A stretch of DNA of 64,000 nt from assembly GCA_030141605.1 (NCBI GenBank), contig JAQGDQ010000320.1, forward strand, positions 186,001 through 250,000, given 5' to 3'. Source of the DNA: Tubiluchus corallicola (Eukaryota; Animalia; Priapulida). Positions 1 through 12,078 of this stretch are shown here, in pieces; the first letter of the stretch is position 1, and each line of letters opens with the position of its first letter. Both the position numbers and the translations under genes were made by a program. The notes under the pieces were generated by a model. The model did no database searches. It saw only the letters and a program-made list of their open reading frames with translations, and was not told where the DNA came from.

Positions 1-97
1 ATCAAGACGCTAAGAAGCCAAGAGCTTTAGAAATCGCCAACAAGCAGAAGAGAGGCAAGCGCTTGCTTAGCGATGGATCGAGTTCCGATGAAGACAG
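1..97 (+). CDS. Internal exon (5'-truncated by window) of an unidentified gene with a charged low-complexity C-terminus
   Basis: Open frame QDAKKPRALEIANKQKRGKRLLSDGSSSDED ends at AG|gtattg (phase 2), which matches the next exon. Confidence 0.7.
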
Positions 98-821
98 GTA
101 TTGTTGTATTATAAAGCAAAAATGTTTAGGACTAATGACTTTGCTCTGATATATTTCAAAGATATTTCAAGAACTGTTTTTAGTAATTTTACTATTTTAG
201 TAATTAGGCTTGCTACAATTTAAGCAACTTCCTGCTACAGAGATGTTGTTTGCAACTTTATACTCGAGTTCATTTGGGAAAACACCGGGAGAAATATTTT
301 TCACTTGACAAAAATTTTCTCTGACTGAACTAGTTATCTGTAGATCAGATTTTTAAGCTGATTGTAGTCAATATGTTGAGTGTAGGCATAACGGCCACAG
401 CATCCAAAAACTGGAAAACTTTTGTGTAAATTTCATAATATGCAACTTTTTCAAAATGGTGTTGCAGCTAGCATTTGAGACATGGTGTATTTATCACTGT
501 TAAACTGTTCTCGGTCTCACATATAATAGCAGCATACTAGCTAAGTAACCTGGCAAATACTAACACTTATGTCATTCTATACGTGATAAGGCAAACTCCA
601 CATACATGCTAGGACTAATTTAACTAATCATTTTACTCCAGTCGCCATATTCACTTGTTGAAAAACGTTTTGCCTTAAAATCAAGCCAATCAAACGTCAT
701 TGTGTTAAGAAATGGTAAAAAAAATTGCATGACGGTTTTTGCAGTCACATTGAGCTGTTAACTCTAAACGAGTACGTTAAGCATTCAGAAAAAATCTTTC
801 AGACATTGTCGTTTATTTCAG

Positions 822-919
822 AGAGCTGATTTCAAGAGAAAACATTGGCTGTACAAGTAACACGAAGCGCAAAACCGACAGTCTTCACGAGTTGGAGAAA
901 AATAATGATTTAAACAATG
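822..919 (+). CDS. Penultimate exon of the same unidentified gene
   Basis: tttatttcag acceptor and G|gtgag donor; 98 nt, phase 2 in and phase 1 out; (R)ELISRENIGCTSNTKRKTDSLHELEKNNDLNN. Confidence 0.7.
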
Positions 920-1060
920 GTGAGCATACACTCTCTGCATGTTATCTATTAACTTAGAATTGATTTAGACAATTATGGAACATTTTGTAGTTACAACACC
1001 ACAACTTTATTAAAACTTAATTTACGTAGTTTAAAAATCATGTCCATAGTTAAAAAATAC

Positions 1061-1620
1061 ATTGAGGAGAATCCTCAATCCAGCATTAGTGACCATATTT
1101 GTGCCTCCAGCCACAAAGCTGATTTTAATAATTTCAGCATTGTGACCAGAGTTACAAATAACTGGGACTTATTAGTAAAAGAAAGTTTATCTATGTACCC
1201 TAATAAGGCTTCTCTTTAATGTACAAAGCATTTCAATTTCTCTAACTTTAATTTATTCTCAAGCAGTTAGCTGTTTGTTACTGTATCAATTTCTCTTCTA
1301 CTGTTCTGCTTAATCATTACCTATTTGACTTCTGTTAAACACATAATTAGTGCTTAAGTAACTGTATCAATTTCTCTTCTACTGTTCTGCTTAATCATTA
1401 CCTATTTGACTTCTGTTAAACACATAATTAGTGCTTAAGTAACTGTATCAATTTCTTTTCTACGGGTCTGCTTAATCATTACCTATCTGACTTTTGTTAA
1501 ACACATAATTAGTGCATAATATTCTATATTGTAGGCTTTGCCTATATAAACTGGTTGTATGTTTGTAAAAATTTGCCACTGATGACGACAGCAGTAGCTC
1601 TGTCGAAATGTTTTATTGAA
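1061..1620 (+). mobile_element. Penelope-like retroelement remnant (GIY-YIG C-terminal fragment plus pseudo-LTR-like tail)
   Basis: 1061-1220 translates to SSISDHICASSHKADFNNFSIVTRVTNNWDLLVKESLSMYPNKASL, matching the PLE GIY-YIG tail pattern SxIxxH..H..F.NF.I...L.iKE.l.I...P.LN. A CTGATGA-stem-GAAA motif lies at 1579-1608. Confidence 0.65.
1280..1516. repeat. About 81-bp tandem repeat x3
   Basis: The unit actgtatcaatttctcttctactgttctgcttaatcattacctatttgacttctgttaaacacataattagtgcttaagta occurs three times. Confidence 0.9.
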
Positions 1621-1734
1621 TGTCGTGTCTATGACCATCTAGTGTTTGTCCAAACAGTCTCAAGCAATGTAAGCATTTCATACAGACAACGCCGATGCAC
1701 TGTTTCCTAACAATGCCTTTTGTTTCCATTTTAG

Positions 1735-1823
1735 TCGACGGAACTGTAGACGATGATCACGAACTCATTTTCTCTCGGAAATCGGCAAAACGAAGAGTTG
1801 TTATAGAAAGTGACAGTGAATGA
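1735..1823 (+). CDS. Last coding exon of the same unidentified gene
   Basis: tttccattttag acceptor, phase 1; (V)DGTVDDDHELIFSRKSAKRRVVIESDSE*. The basic-then-acidic tail is typical of nuclear proteins. Confidence 0.7.
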
Positions 1824-1863
1824 AGTGCTCATCAAGTGAATACTAGGCAATTTTGTCAGCAGT

Positions 1864-2073
1864 GGCTTGGAGCTGGTCAATCGCAGTTGCATGCTTTGCT
1901 AGTGTACTGGCTTGGAGCTGGTCAATCGCAGTTGCATGCTTTGCCAATGTCCTGGATGACGATGCTGACCCTGGTGACCTTAATCATTGCATAATGTCCT
2001 GGATGACGATGCTGACCCTGGTGACCTTAATCATTGCATAATGTCCTGGATGACGATGCTGACCCTGGTGACC
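1864..2073. repeat. Two short tandem repeats (about 45 bp x2 and about 47 bp x2.6) just after the upstream gene's stop
   Basis: Repeated units tggcttggagctggtcaatcgcagttgcatgctttgc and aatgtcctggatgacgatgctgaccctggtgaccttaatcattgcat. Confidence 0.85.
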
Positions 2074-2776
2074 CAGCGCCGTAGATTTAAATGACACGCG
2101 CACGCAGAAAGGGATAGCTAGACTCGTGGAAAAGGTGAGACAACAGTTGGTGCCACATTCTAATATAAATTCTATGGTATTGGAAGAGCAACCCCTGAGC
2201 GGTCAACTTTCAAAGTGTTGTTCAAATATGCAGGTTAGCGAGATTTCTCTTCCTCTCTGCATGCGTGCATTTGAATCTATGGTTAGCCTAAGTTTCAGTC
2301 AATTTAGTTTAAACTTTGTTTATTTATAGTGGATTTACAAAACAGACTGCGTCTGATACAGGTATCTCCACAGTAAACTTACCATATTCAGACATACATT
2401 TTATCCTTGCAAACACCATCAATCAGACACAGGGGCGTATCTAGGACAAATGGCACCTGTGGAAAGCACCGAAATTGCACGCCTGTCCAAATACCTGACA
2501 CCAACATTTTGTTATTTTTATTGTATTCAAATATACGCGGAGAGTGGGATGTGGGACGAACAGTTAAAAGGGGGAAGAACTCAAAAGACTGTGAAATGGA
2601 AAAAAATGTGAAAAAAACGTTTCATGATGTTATTAAAAATGTCTAATATGAAGAAGTAAGACTTTTTGATAAGAACATTGAATTTCGTAGATTTTTTGCA
2701 CAGAATTCTACACGACCCCACTAGTTTTTGCAAACGAATGATCTTACAGCCAGTTACTATTAAGCATGCTCAGCGA

Positions 2777-3885
2777 TAGTGGGAGATGTGTGATTACGTA
2801 GCCTAGTGGGAGATGTGTGGTCACGTAGCCTAGTGGGAGATGTGTGGTTACGTAGCCTAGTGGGAGATGTGTGGTCACGTAACCTAGTGGGAGATGTGTG
2901 GTCACGTAGCCTAGTGGGAGATGTGTGGTCACGTAACCTAGTGGGAGATGTGTGGTTACGTAGCCTAGTGGGAGATGTGTGGTCACGTAACCTAGTGGGA
3001 GATGTGTGGTTACGTAGCCTAGTGGGAGATGTGTGGTCACGTAGCCTAGTGGGAGATGTGTGGTCACGTAACCTAGTGGGAGATGTGTGGTCACGTAGCC
3101 TAGTGGGAGATGTGTGATTACGTAGCCTAGTGGGAGATGTGTGGTCACGTAGCCTAGTGGGAGATGTGTGGTCACGTAGCCTAGTGGGAGATGTGTGGTC
3201 ACGTAGCCTAGTGGGAGATGTGTGGTCACGTAGCCTAGTGGGAGATGTGTGGTCACGTAGCCTAGTGGGAGATGTGTGGTCACGTAACCTAGTGGGAGAT
3301 GTGTGGTCACGTAGCCTAGTGGGAGATGTGTGGTCACGTAGCCTAGTGGGAGATGTGTGGTCACGTAGCCTAGTGGGAGATGTGTGGTCACGTAGCCTAG
3401 TGGGAGATGTGTGGTCACGTAGCCTAGTGGGAGATGTGTGGTCACGTAACCTAGTGGGAGATGTGTGGTTACGTAGCCTAGTGGGAGATGTGTGGTTACG
3501 TAACCTAGTGGGAGATGTGTGGTCACGTAGCCTAGTGGGAGATGTGTGGTCACGTAGCCTAGTGGGAGATGTGTGGTCACGTAGCCTAGTGGGAGATGTG
3601 TGGTCACGTAGCCTAGTGGGAGATGTGTGGTCACGTAACCTAGTGGGAGATGTGTGGTCACGTAGCCTAGTGGGAGATGTGTGGTCACGTAACCTAGTGG
3701 GAGATGTGTGGTCACGTAGCCTAGTGGGAGATGTGTGGTCACGTAGCCTAGTGGGAGATGTGTGGTTACGTAGCCTAGTGGGAGATGTGTGGTTACGTAG
3801 CCTAGTGGGAGATGTGTGGTTACGTAGCCTAGTGGGAGATGTGTGGTTACGTAGCCTAGTGGGAGATGTGTGGTCACGTAGCCTA
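2777..3885. repeat. 27-bp minisatellite, about 41 copies
   Basis: Unit TAGTGGGAGATGTGTGGT(C/T)ACGTA(G/A)CC, contiguous with no spacers. Confidence 0.97.
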
Positions 3886-3907
3886 ACCAGTGTATTTTTA
3901 CATAATA

Positions 3908-4254
3908 CAGTGTTTCCTCGCTACTTCGCGGTTCGTTTATCGCGGACTCGTTGTTTCGCGGGTTTTCAAAAATATTAATGCAAAATATTTATCGCGGTAT
4001 TGTCGCGGGTTTTTGCGGTACTCCATCTAAAGTATTTTTGCACATGCGTAGTACGTATTGTACAGTAATGTATAGATTTAATGAATTTTGCATAAAGAAT
4101 GGGAAAGGGTTATGTATAAGAGTGTGGGGAGGGTTTATAAAGACTTAAAATAATGTGTAACTACTAAAATAAGCATAGCGTCCCTACTTCGCGGAAATTC
4201 ACTTATCGCGGGTGGGGCCTGGAACGGAACGGAGCGATAAGTGAGGGAACACTG
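3908..4254. mobile_element. Tc1/mariner-pogo (Tigger-like) MITE
   Basis: TA-CAGTGTTTCCTCGC ... GTGAGGGAACACTG inverted termini; TA is present on the left only. Confidence 0.7.
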
Positions 4255-4557
4255 ATTTACAAAAGTTCTTTAACAATGTGGCAACCTTAGCGATTCTCAC
4301 ACACATAAAAAGAAAGATCATACATTTTAAGAAATTTTTCAAAAACTGTCGAGTTTTTGGCGAGGGCACATGGCACACCCTAGATACGCCGCTGATCAGA
4401 CAGGCTTCTTTTATCATCCTATATGCGTCAGAAATGTGCATTAATATTGTGTACATGTCAGCTGACTAGTCTCTAGAATAATACTTGTGAGACCTGAGAT
4501 TATCTAGTTATATAAGCTGTTGTTAAAGAGAACTTCATTAGCAGCCATTGTAATCAA

Positions 4558-4960
4558 CTGGGTTCCGACAGAATGTTAAAATAAATTTCCATGACATTTC
4601 CCTGATCAAGATAAGCAGATATAGCATTACCAGTATACACATTCAAACATTTTGTGTATAGACATAAATACATGTATATACTGATATATAATGTATCGGC
4701 CAGTTATTTATGGAACAGAAATCGAAATTGGGAGCCTGTAACAGCAAAATTTTATCGAAACACGAATCGCTAGAAAATATGTTTGGAAAAATATCAGTTC
4801 ACGGTGATCATTTTTGCAACCCTTTCCAATTAGTCTGACTTTTCGCCCCATTTTCATCATTTTCCCTCACTTTTTAGCAAATTAAGCTTTTCCATGACTT
4901 ACCAGGATAGCCCGTATTTTCAAGAATTTTTCAGGATCTTCCCTGCCCGTGGGAACTCTG
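4558..4960. mobile_element. Degenerate MITE
   Basis: Imperfect inverted ends CTGGGTTCCGAC / GTGGGAACTCTG; no clear TSD. Confidence 0.45.
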
Positions 4961-5724
4961 AATCGATATAGTAACTGAAGCCAAGTAAGATGCTAGATGG
5001 TAATTATAACAAATTTTAGCTCACAGCACTGGTGTGAGAGGTATCCAAGCTTATGTATCTTAGATATTCATTGCCATTCGTATGTCCAGAGCGTTCAGGC
5101 ATTTCAACATTTACAGTAGCTTCCCTACAATAAATTTTTGGGTACAGTTTGCTGCATTCTCCGCCCATCTTACGTAGCTCCTTTTCTACATAGCCCACAT
5201 TCGCAATATATGCACTTTTTTGCGACTTCACTTATAGCCTAGGATTGTTTTGTACAGCAGAAATGTGATTCTAATGAACTGATATACAATCTTACAAATC
5301 CAAATGTCCAGATTGTCATATTTTGTATTGAACCTGTAACATTTATATATTGATGACTTGAAATTGTGGCAAAGTTACAGATTGTTAGCACAAAGTGAAC
5401 AGATTATAATTATGTTAATGATTAAATTAATCCGCTATTGTTAAATTTTAAATCTGGATTCAACCATGAAGTGTAAAAAGTGGAATAAAGCAAAGGTCCT
5501 TGGTTCAAATCTAGGCTTGCTCCTGACTGTTCACATTTTTTTCCAGTGGAAAGTCAATTTGAAATTAACAAATGTATGTTTAGTGTATTAATCTTGAAAT
5601 TAAAAAATAAAAAAATTGGTTGATTGCTGTTTTCCAAAATTGTGTTATAATCGACTTTCCATCAAAGCTGGCATAAAAATCACGATCATGATTCACTGAA
5701 AATTTCAATTAACTGCCACGGTAA

Positions 5725-5816
5725 TCAAGGCGTGACGCGTTTGGGATCACGCGGGAACATTGATGTTTTTCGCACGTTGTCCAGTCCCAAGTAGAGCATG
5801 GTGACACGTTCCATTC
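5725..5816 (-). CDS. DARS1: Aspartyl-tRNA synthetase, cytoplasmic - exon 14 (last)
   Basis: (G)[29 protein letters not shown]; class II motif 3 and the canonical AspRS C-terminus FPRDPKR; attttag acceptor. Confidence 0.95.
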
Positions 5817-5962
5817 CTAAAATAAATTTACAAACTTATAAAAGGTTTTTGTTATAACAACTTCAGTAAAGATGGCATTTGAATCTTAGTGCAGTTACTA
5901 CTGCGATGCTTCATTGAAGCTTCAAATGCTTAGTCCTAAAACAACTCGATAATAACTTTAAT

Positions 5963-6235
5963 GACCAGACGGTTTAGTCTAGTGGTAATGCGTCTGCTTT
6001 CCGTCTGGGAGGTCGTGAGTTCGAACCAGCGGCCGGGTCATACCAAAGACTTTAAAAATGGTACCTGCTGTTGCCCTGCCTGATGCGTGGTATTTAGGGT
6101 AAAAGTGGGGTAATGATAGTCTCTCTTATGTAGTTGTAGGTTGTTATTTACAGTCGGCGATAATAGCTCTTTGAGCTAATGTTAATTGTAGACACAAAAG
6201 TTGACTTTAAATAAAGATTATTATTATTATTATTA
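5963..6235 (+). mobile_element. tRNA-derived SINE in DARS1 intron 13 (antisense to the gene)
   Basis: Pol III A box TAGTCTAGTGG and B box GAGTTCGAACC, followed by body GGGTCATACCAAAGACTTTAAAAATGGTACCTGCTG and a (TTA)n tail. Confidence 0.8.
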
Positions 6236-6355
6236 GATAAATGTGCTTCTGTCCAAAAGCAAAAATCAGGACAAAAAGCAAGTTACATTTTCACAAAAAG
6301 GCCTTCGGTAACGAGAAATCAGAAAATTAAAAATTGTTGAAACTATTTAACTTAC

Positions 6356-6427
6356 CGATGCCTCCGCCAGCGTGAGGTGGTGCCCCGTATCGAAAGGAGT
6401 CAATATAACCCTTTACTTTTTCTAGAT
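6356..6427 (-). CDS. DARS1: DARS1 exon 13
   Basis: (D)[23 protein letters not shown]; ttgcag / gtaag; 72 nt. Confidence 0.95.
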
Positions 6428-7320
6428 CTGCAACGAAAAATTCACGGTTTATTTCCCTGTCTGTAGCAATAACACGTGGCACCTCATCATGTTAAGAGGT
6501 ACGTCAAGCTGCACAGTTGACACTAAATACTAAGTTGGTTTATGTCATGTGAACACACGTGTGCTGCCAGGCTATCTGATGCATACCCACCAACCCTTAG
6601 ATGTAAAAACGAGGGTGAAACGTAGATGTCCCAGGGATCATCTTGCCGCTGGCCCCTGGCCAGGGGTCTGGGGGCAAATTATACCTCAGACATTTTTGTA
6701 CTTCTTGGGCATCAAAATGAAATTATAAAAAAAATAGAGACAAAAAAAATTAAGTAGTTTTTGGGTACTATTGAGCTTTCTTACGCTGTCATTGCAGTCC
6801 ACTATACTTGTTCTTGTGTACACATAAAAAAAGCACAATAGCACTCAAAAGTGCTTAATTTTTAATAATTGCATTACATTTTAGTACAATATACCTCATG
6901 AGATTCGTGAATGCTATATACTGCATTATTGAGAGTAGTACTAATGATTGTGTCGTGGTTGGTACTAATGGCAAAGGAAGCCACGTGATTTGCAAACTTG
7001 CCTGAGAACTGAAATTTGATGCACATGAGCGTGTGAAACACTGAAAATACATGTGACACGCCTATAGCGTGAGCGTTGGTACGTCTGCTGATGCTGTACT
7101 GATTACTTCCGAATGTAATTCATGCACAGCATCATCTGCTAAATTAAACCCAGCACTATTGCAGTTTTGCCTCTGCATACCCTGGCCACAATCGGGGTCT
7201 TCGTTGCAGCACTATTGCAGTTTTGCCTCCGCATACCCTGGCCACAATCGGGGTCTTCGTTGGTTATTTATTGTTTACAGGCTTGACAAAGTTCATGGTC
7301 AGATGGAAGCTACAACTTAC

Positions 7321-7432
7321 CTATGTTATGCAGCTTCGCACGTTCCGTTAGGTAGTCGGGATCGTGAACTCGCTGAGCGCCACTAAGTATCTCCTCTCCT
7401 CGCATAAACATATCATAGGAATTGGAATAGTT
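7321..7432 (-). CDS. DARS1: DARS1 exon 12
   Basis: [37 protein letters not shown]; tag / gtaag; 112 nt. Confidence 0.95.
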
Positions 7433-7840
7433 CTATTACAAATCAACGAACGGATATAAAAACTTGTGTTTGGGCACAAAATACTAACAAACATTAAAAA
7501 ACCAACTCTCAAACAACATTCCGTGTATTTTAATATACGCTCACAAATATTAAAATTAAAGCATGAAAATGCTTGCAACAACAGAAATTTAAATCAGTCG
7601 TATCTTAGGAGAGCTTAACACAATTTTATTGCTGAAACTCGAACATTTTTCTGAAAGGTTAAAATAATCTCAATTTCTCAAGAGTCTTGGCTTTTGCTTT
7701 AACACCGGTTCAAGAGACTTGGCTTTTGGTTCAAGAATTACCCATAGTACAAGTAACATTAAATCATGAATGAAATGCGGCATCAGTGCCAAATACACAC
7801 ACAAAGTGAAGATAACAAGTATAAATTTCACTGTTTAGAG

Positions 7841-8276
7841 CAGGGGTGTGCAAATTGCGGCCCGCCGAGAGAATTTGTGCGACCCGCGAAGAGATTTGTC
7901 AACCTAATGAAAGTGCAGCCCGGGCGATTAATTGAGTGTATCCAGCTGAAGTCCGTGCCACGATCCCAAAGATAGTGCGGGTAGTTTTTTCAACTAGATC
8001 GGATGCCATTAACCCTTACAAGACAGTTGTAGCTTAATGTCACTGAAATTACCACTATCTGTCCTGAGAGTAGAAATATATGGTTTATAATATAAATTTT
8101 AATAACTTCTAAAATAGTTTCTTGAGTGAGGTAGTAATGATGTACGCAGGTCGGATGCAAAAAAATCGTTATTAGCCCTTACTGTACTTGGCTCCTTGAT
8201 CAAACTGCTTGTGGTCCGCAGGAATTGCGGGAAAGTTTAATGTGGTCCGGCTAGTCAGATAATTTGCACACCCCTG
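7841..8276. mobile_element. hAT (Charlie/Buster-like) MITE, family with 3 copies in the window
   Basis: TIR CAGGGGTGTGCAAATT / AATTTGCACACCCCTG; TSD GTTTAGAG/GTTTAGAT; related copies at 21760 and 54165. Confidence 0.9.
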
Positions 8277-10378
8277 GTTTAGATCTTAAATTATCCAAAT
8301 TTTGCAATTTTAAATGGGCAAGAAAAGGCAATTCTTAAGTGTGTCCACAAAGCTACATTATTTTGCATCGAGCTTACCTACTCGAAAGACTAGACAAGTA
8401 AAATTCTTAGCAATTTAAAATGTTTGCACCAATTAGTCACCTTCCCAGTGTGCACTACTGCCTCGCCAAAAAATCATATTTTTAATCGTACCGACGTATT
8501 TAATACAAAATAATTTATGCTAGTTAGTGAAGTGTGAGCTATCGGCGCCATAAATACTCTAATCATTTCATACTTTAAGAAAGGTTAACTTGTTTCAAGC
8601 GACTTACGATCAAAATGACTGCACTTAACCCGGTTAACGGTCGTCGCGGGAGTTTAAATTTACAAGTTTTACTATGGAATTCGTTGCCAAAAGATACCTT
8701 TGAAGATAGCTTATTTTCTGCTCCCAAAAAAATATGCAAAAATCTTACTACATGGATATACCTGTAGTACGTAACTTGTAAGACTAATAAGCAAGCTAGC
8801 AAGTTTTTTTCTTTTCTTTTCTTTTCTCATCTCCTCATTAATTGTTGGTCTTTCTCATACTTACTTTTTCTCATAAATTTTTCTATATTACACTTTTTTG
8901 ATGCTTATTTTTTCTTTCCATACCCTCAGTTTTTAACTTTACTCACTAACCTTGGTCAAATTCCCCTGTTAATATGACCCCATTTGAAACTACTACATAT
9001 AATAATCCTAATTACTGAATAATTGTATTGTTTTGTTTAGATTTAAGTATCTAACTCTTATTTTTTGTTTTCAGTTCTTTTTGGATAATTTGTATCATTT
9101 ATGCTGTTTACTGAAGGTGGCAGCACTATCCAAAACTCAAAAAAGTATGATGACAGTACAACATAAATTTAAATTTAAAGTAATTAAAATGATTTTCTTT
9201 TGTCCACTATTTTTTTTCTTTTTTGTTTTTGTTATCTGCAGCATCACCGTTAATTTTTAATATATTAACCTATTTACAAGAAAGGGCAGGAGACTAGATG
9301 ACCCTATGGTCGTTCCCTGCCCTGCTCCACGATTATAATTACGTAATATTTAAAAAACTTTTGATGTTAAACTAATTGGAGAAAATAAATGTTCTAAGTC
9401 TATGTCTATATGTCTATGTAAAATTCTAAATAAAAGAAATCTGCACTCGAGGCAGACAAACACAGCAGTAATTTAGCAAAAAAAATAGACTCAGCTGTGC
9501 AAATGGCTTATCAGCACCACTTCCGTGCGTAAATAATTTTAGGCAAAGTGTTCAATGTTATTTCTCATGATCTCATGATAGGATAAGCAATATGCGTGAT
9601 GCAGAAACACGAAGAACACAGACAGACATTTTGTGACCTTTTATCCGTGAACACCTCCCTTGCTAAAGAGGACTGGAAGACAGATGATGGAATATTAATA
9701 ATTAAAAGATTGCTCATATTGCTTATGCTATTAACAGAAACAGCTGGAACATTATTTAAGACTAGCAAAGGCCCCGCAAAAAAATTTGCTTATAAATACA
9801 CTTATAATCAATAATACGCGAACATCCTACCTAGTCCGCATTTATAACACAAAGCCAGCAGCAGCTTTTACTGAATTAAAGTTATAAGGTTATAGGCAGA
9901 GTATGATGGATGACGTCACAACAATGGCTTTGCATCAGCAGTTTTTCAAGCGAAAATCGTGCAAAATGGAACCGCCAATCAACTCATGACAGCTCCTCGG
10001 GAAGGAAGCGTCCTAAAATGCAGTCCACATCATCGTGTAACCCTGTTCTTCTTCTTTCTAAAGAGCTATATATCTTCTTCCAAGAGTCCCACCAGACGCG
10101 GCTAGAACATTTTTTCTATAGGCTGTTTGACCGAAATTTCAAAAAAATCGCGAGTTGGGTTTCAAATCGTGAAATTTGGATAACCTAGACTTAACGGTGA
10201 AATTCATGCCCAATATGAATAAGCTAAGAAGGCTGACGAAATACCAACTTGTTATTTTCACATTACGAACAACATTAACTGCAACATCTGTAATATATTA
10301 AACCAATTTTGGCCCCAAAGAGTTAATAAATTCAAAAATGAGAAGCTTTTTCAGAAATGCTCATCTTGAAGATTTTCA

Positions 10379-10468
<90 letters not shown>

Positions 10469-10547
10469 CTATAAGCAGGCGAGACATTACTTTAGTATAC
10501 CGAGATCCAGTTCAGCAGTTTAGCAATGTTTGAAAATAATAAACGTA

Positions 10548-10999
10548 CAGTCTAACCTCGTTATCTCGCCACTGTCCGTCTAGGGCAAATTTTTGGCGAG
10601 AGGCGAGTATGGCGAGATAACGGGAATATAACGAAGTTAGTCTATATGTATATACATAATAGTTGATTAACATATAGCGCATTAACCACACTAGACACAC
10701 ACACATTCACATACACATACACTAAATTAATTATGTCTGTCTATCGAGTACAGCAGCATTGTCTACATACCGCGGTTATATTGATCGACACGCAGTATAT
10801 GTATTGATCGATTCACCTCTGAGTTTGTCTGTTTGGCAACATAACGAATATAGTTTACATAAGCACTCATCCTAGCATGACGTGGCGAGGGTGGCGACTT
10901 ACGAGGTAAATATCAAAGCAGGAAATCCGTCCTGGTACTTTCTATGGCGAGAGACGAGTTTGGCGGCATAACGAGGGGCGAGATAACGAGGCTAGACTG
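10548..10999. mobile_element. Tigger/pogo-like MITE
   Basis: TA-CAGTCTAACCTCGTTATCTCGCC ... GGCGAGATAACGAGGCTAGACTG-TA; TA TSD on both sides. Confidence 0.88.
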
Positions 11000-11186
11000 T
11001 ATTAAATATTTCTAAACCAGATACTTTACAGCAATGACAGTTAAAATCGATACAGATAAGATTACCTTCTCAAGAAATGATTAACTCAAGAAAAAATAAA
11101 TGAAAAAAGAATTCTGCATTATCTGTGTTACAGAAAACTGTTTGCTTTCCATCAGAAACTTCTAAAATGAGGAAATGCAGTTGAAC

Positions 11187-11376
11187 CTTCTCCTTCACGA
11201 GTTTGCCAAGAAGCTTTTCGTTTGGCGTGGACAGATCCTCGAAGTCTCCCATTTCGACTCCTGCGTTCCGTAGCATGGCGACTCCTTCGCTGTAATTCAG
11301 TCGAAGCGACGGTTCTAAGAACTCAAAATCTTCGTGCGGGAACTGTTTCTTTACCGTTTCAATCTCTACCTGATAT
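11187..11376 (-). CDS. DARS1: DARS1 exon 10
   Basis: [63 protein letters not shown]; ttttag / gttcaa; 190 nt. Confidence 0.95.
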
Positions 11377-11583
11377 CTAAAATTGTCAAAAATATAAATT
11401 ATTTTGTATTACGTCGACGTATCGTTACAGGCCTAGCCGCTAAACGATTGAAACAGACTAAGTTTAAAATGTTCTCGGATAGGTAAGCAACGTAAGTTTA
11501 CTAATGTTACTGCCAAAGTATCGAGTAATCTGATTAAGCAGAGTAACTGCACTACATTACTCGTTACTATACAAAGTAGTCTT

Positions 11584-12078
11584 CAGGGATGAGAATTTTC
11601 CGTGGACATGCGGAATTCTGAGTTTTTGGGAGACCAGTAGTGCCATTTTTGTAAATCGTGTAAGTTCGTTGAGAAAATTTTTACGGACCCAGTACATTAT
11701 TTCACAAGCTGACCGCTAGTTGGCAGGCCGTCACTTTGTTTGCATCACGTACATCAGTGTAACCATGTGTAGATCTCTATGTATAAAACTATAGAATCAA
11801 TTGTGTGGAGTTTGAGTCAATTGCAGGCAGTTTTTATATACTTTTGCATAGGAGCGGCCAGTACTTAGGCGTTTTTGAGACAATTAGGTATCATGTATCC
11901 TTGATAGTTAGGTATTTTAAATTATGCATGAAACAAGGTAATTGATATTTTAAGTCCACTTAGAGGCTCTCTATGGTCACAAAATTGGAATTTGTTGCTT
12001 CACTCCATGGGGGCCTATGCGGTCCCCAAACCCCCGGCCTGGTTCAGAGTGATTTGCAATTTGTCATTCTCATCCCTG
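11584..12078. mobile_element. TIR MITE (CAGGGATGAGAA ends), copy 1
   Basis: TIRs CAGGGATGAGAAT / ATTCTCATCCCTG; 6-bp direct repeat AGTCTT on both flanks; second copy at 15583-16137. Confidence 0.85.

Larger units (their letters stand above)
2430..4394. mobile_element. Non-autonomous hAT-type element carrying nested insertions
   Basis: TIRs CAGGGGCGTATCTAGG / CCTAGATACGCCGCTG; perfect 8-bp TSD ATCAGACA at 2422-2429 and 4395-4402. Confidence 0.85.

Noticed and set aside
1-1823. Naming the upstream gene (e.g. Timeless- or CTR9-like acidic tail)
   Set aside because: Only a low-complexity tail is visible; not diagnostic.
2744-3978. 377-, 282- and 103-aa ORFs of (TTHLPLGYV)n / (SLVGDVWSR)n
   Set aside because: By-product of a 27-bp stop-free minisatellite inside a MITE; non-ATG starts and no gene context.
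5963-6040. Functional tRNA gene
   Set aside because: The anticodon arm pairs poorly, there is no poly-T terminator, and it runs into a SINE body with a (TTA)n tail.
9240-9900. Possible CR1/L2 LINE 3' remnant on the minus strand (FAGPLLVLNNVP)
   Set aside because: A single weak motif; boundaries cannot be defined.
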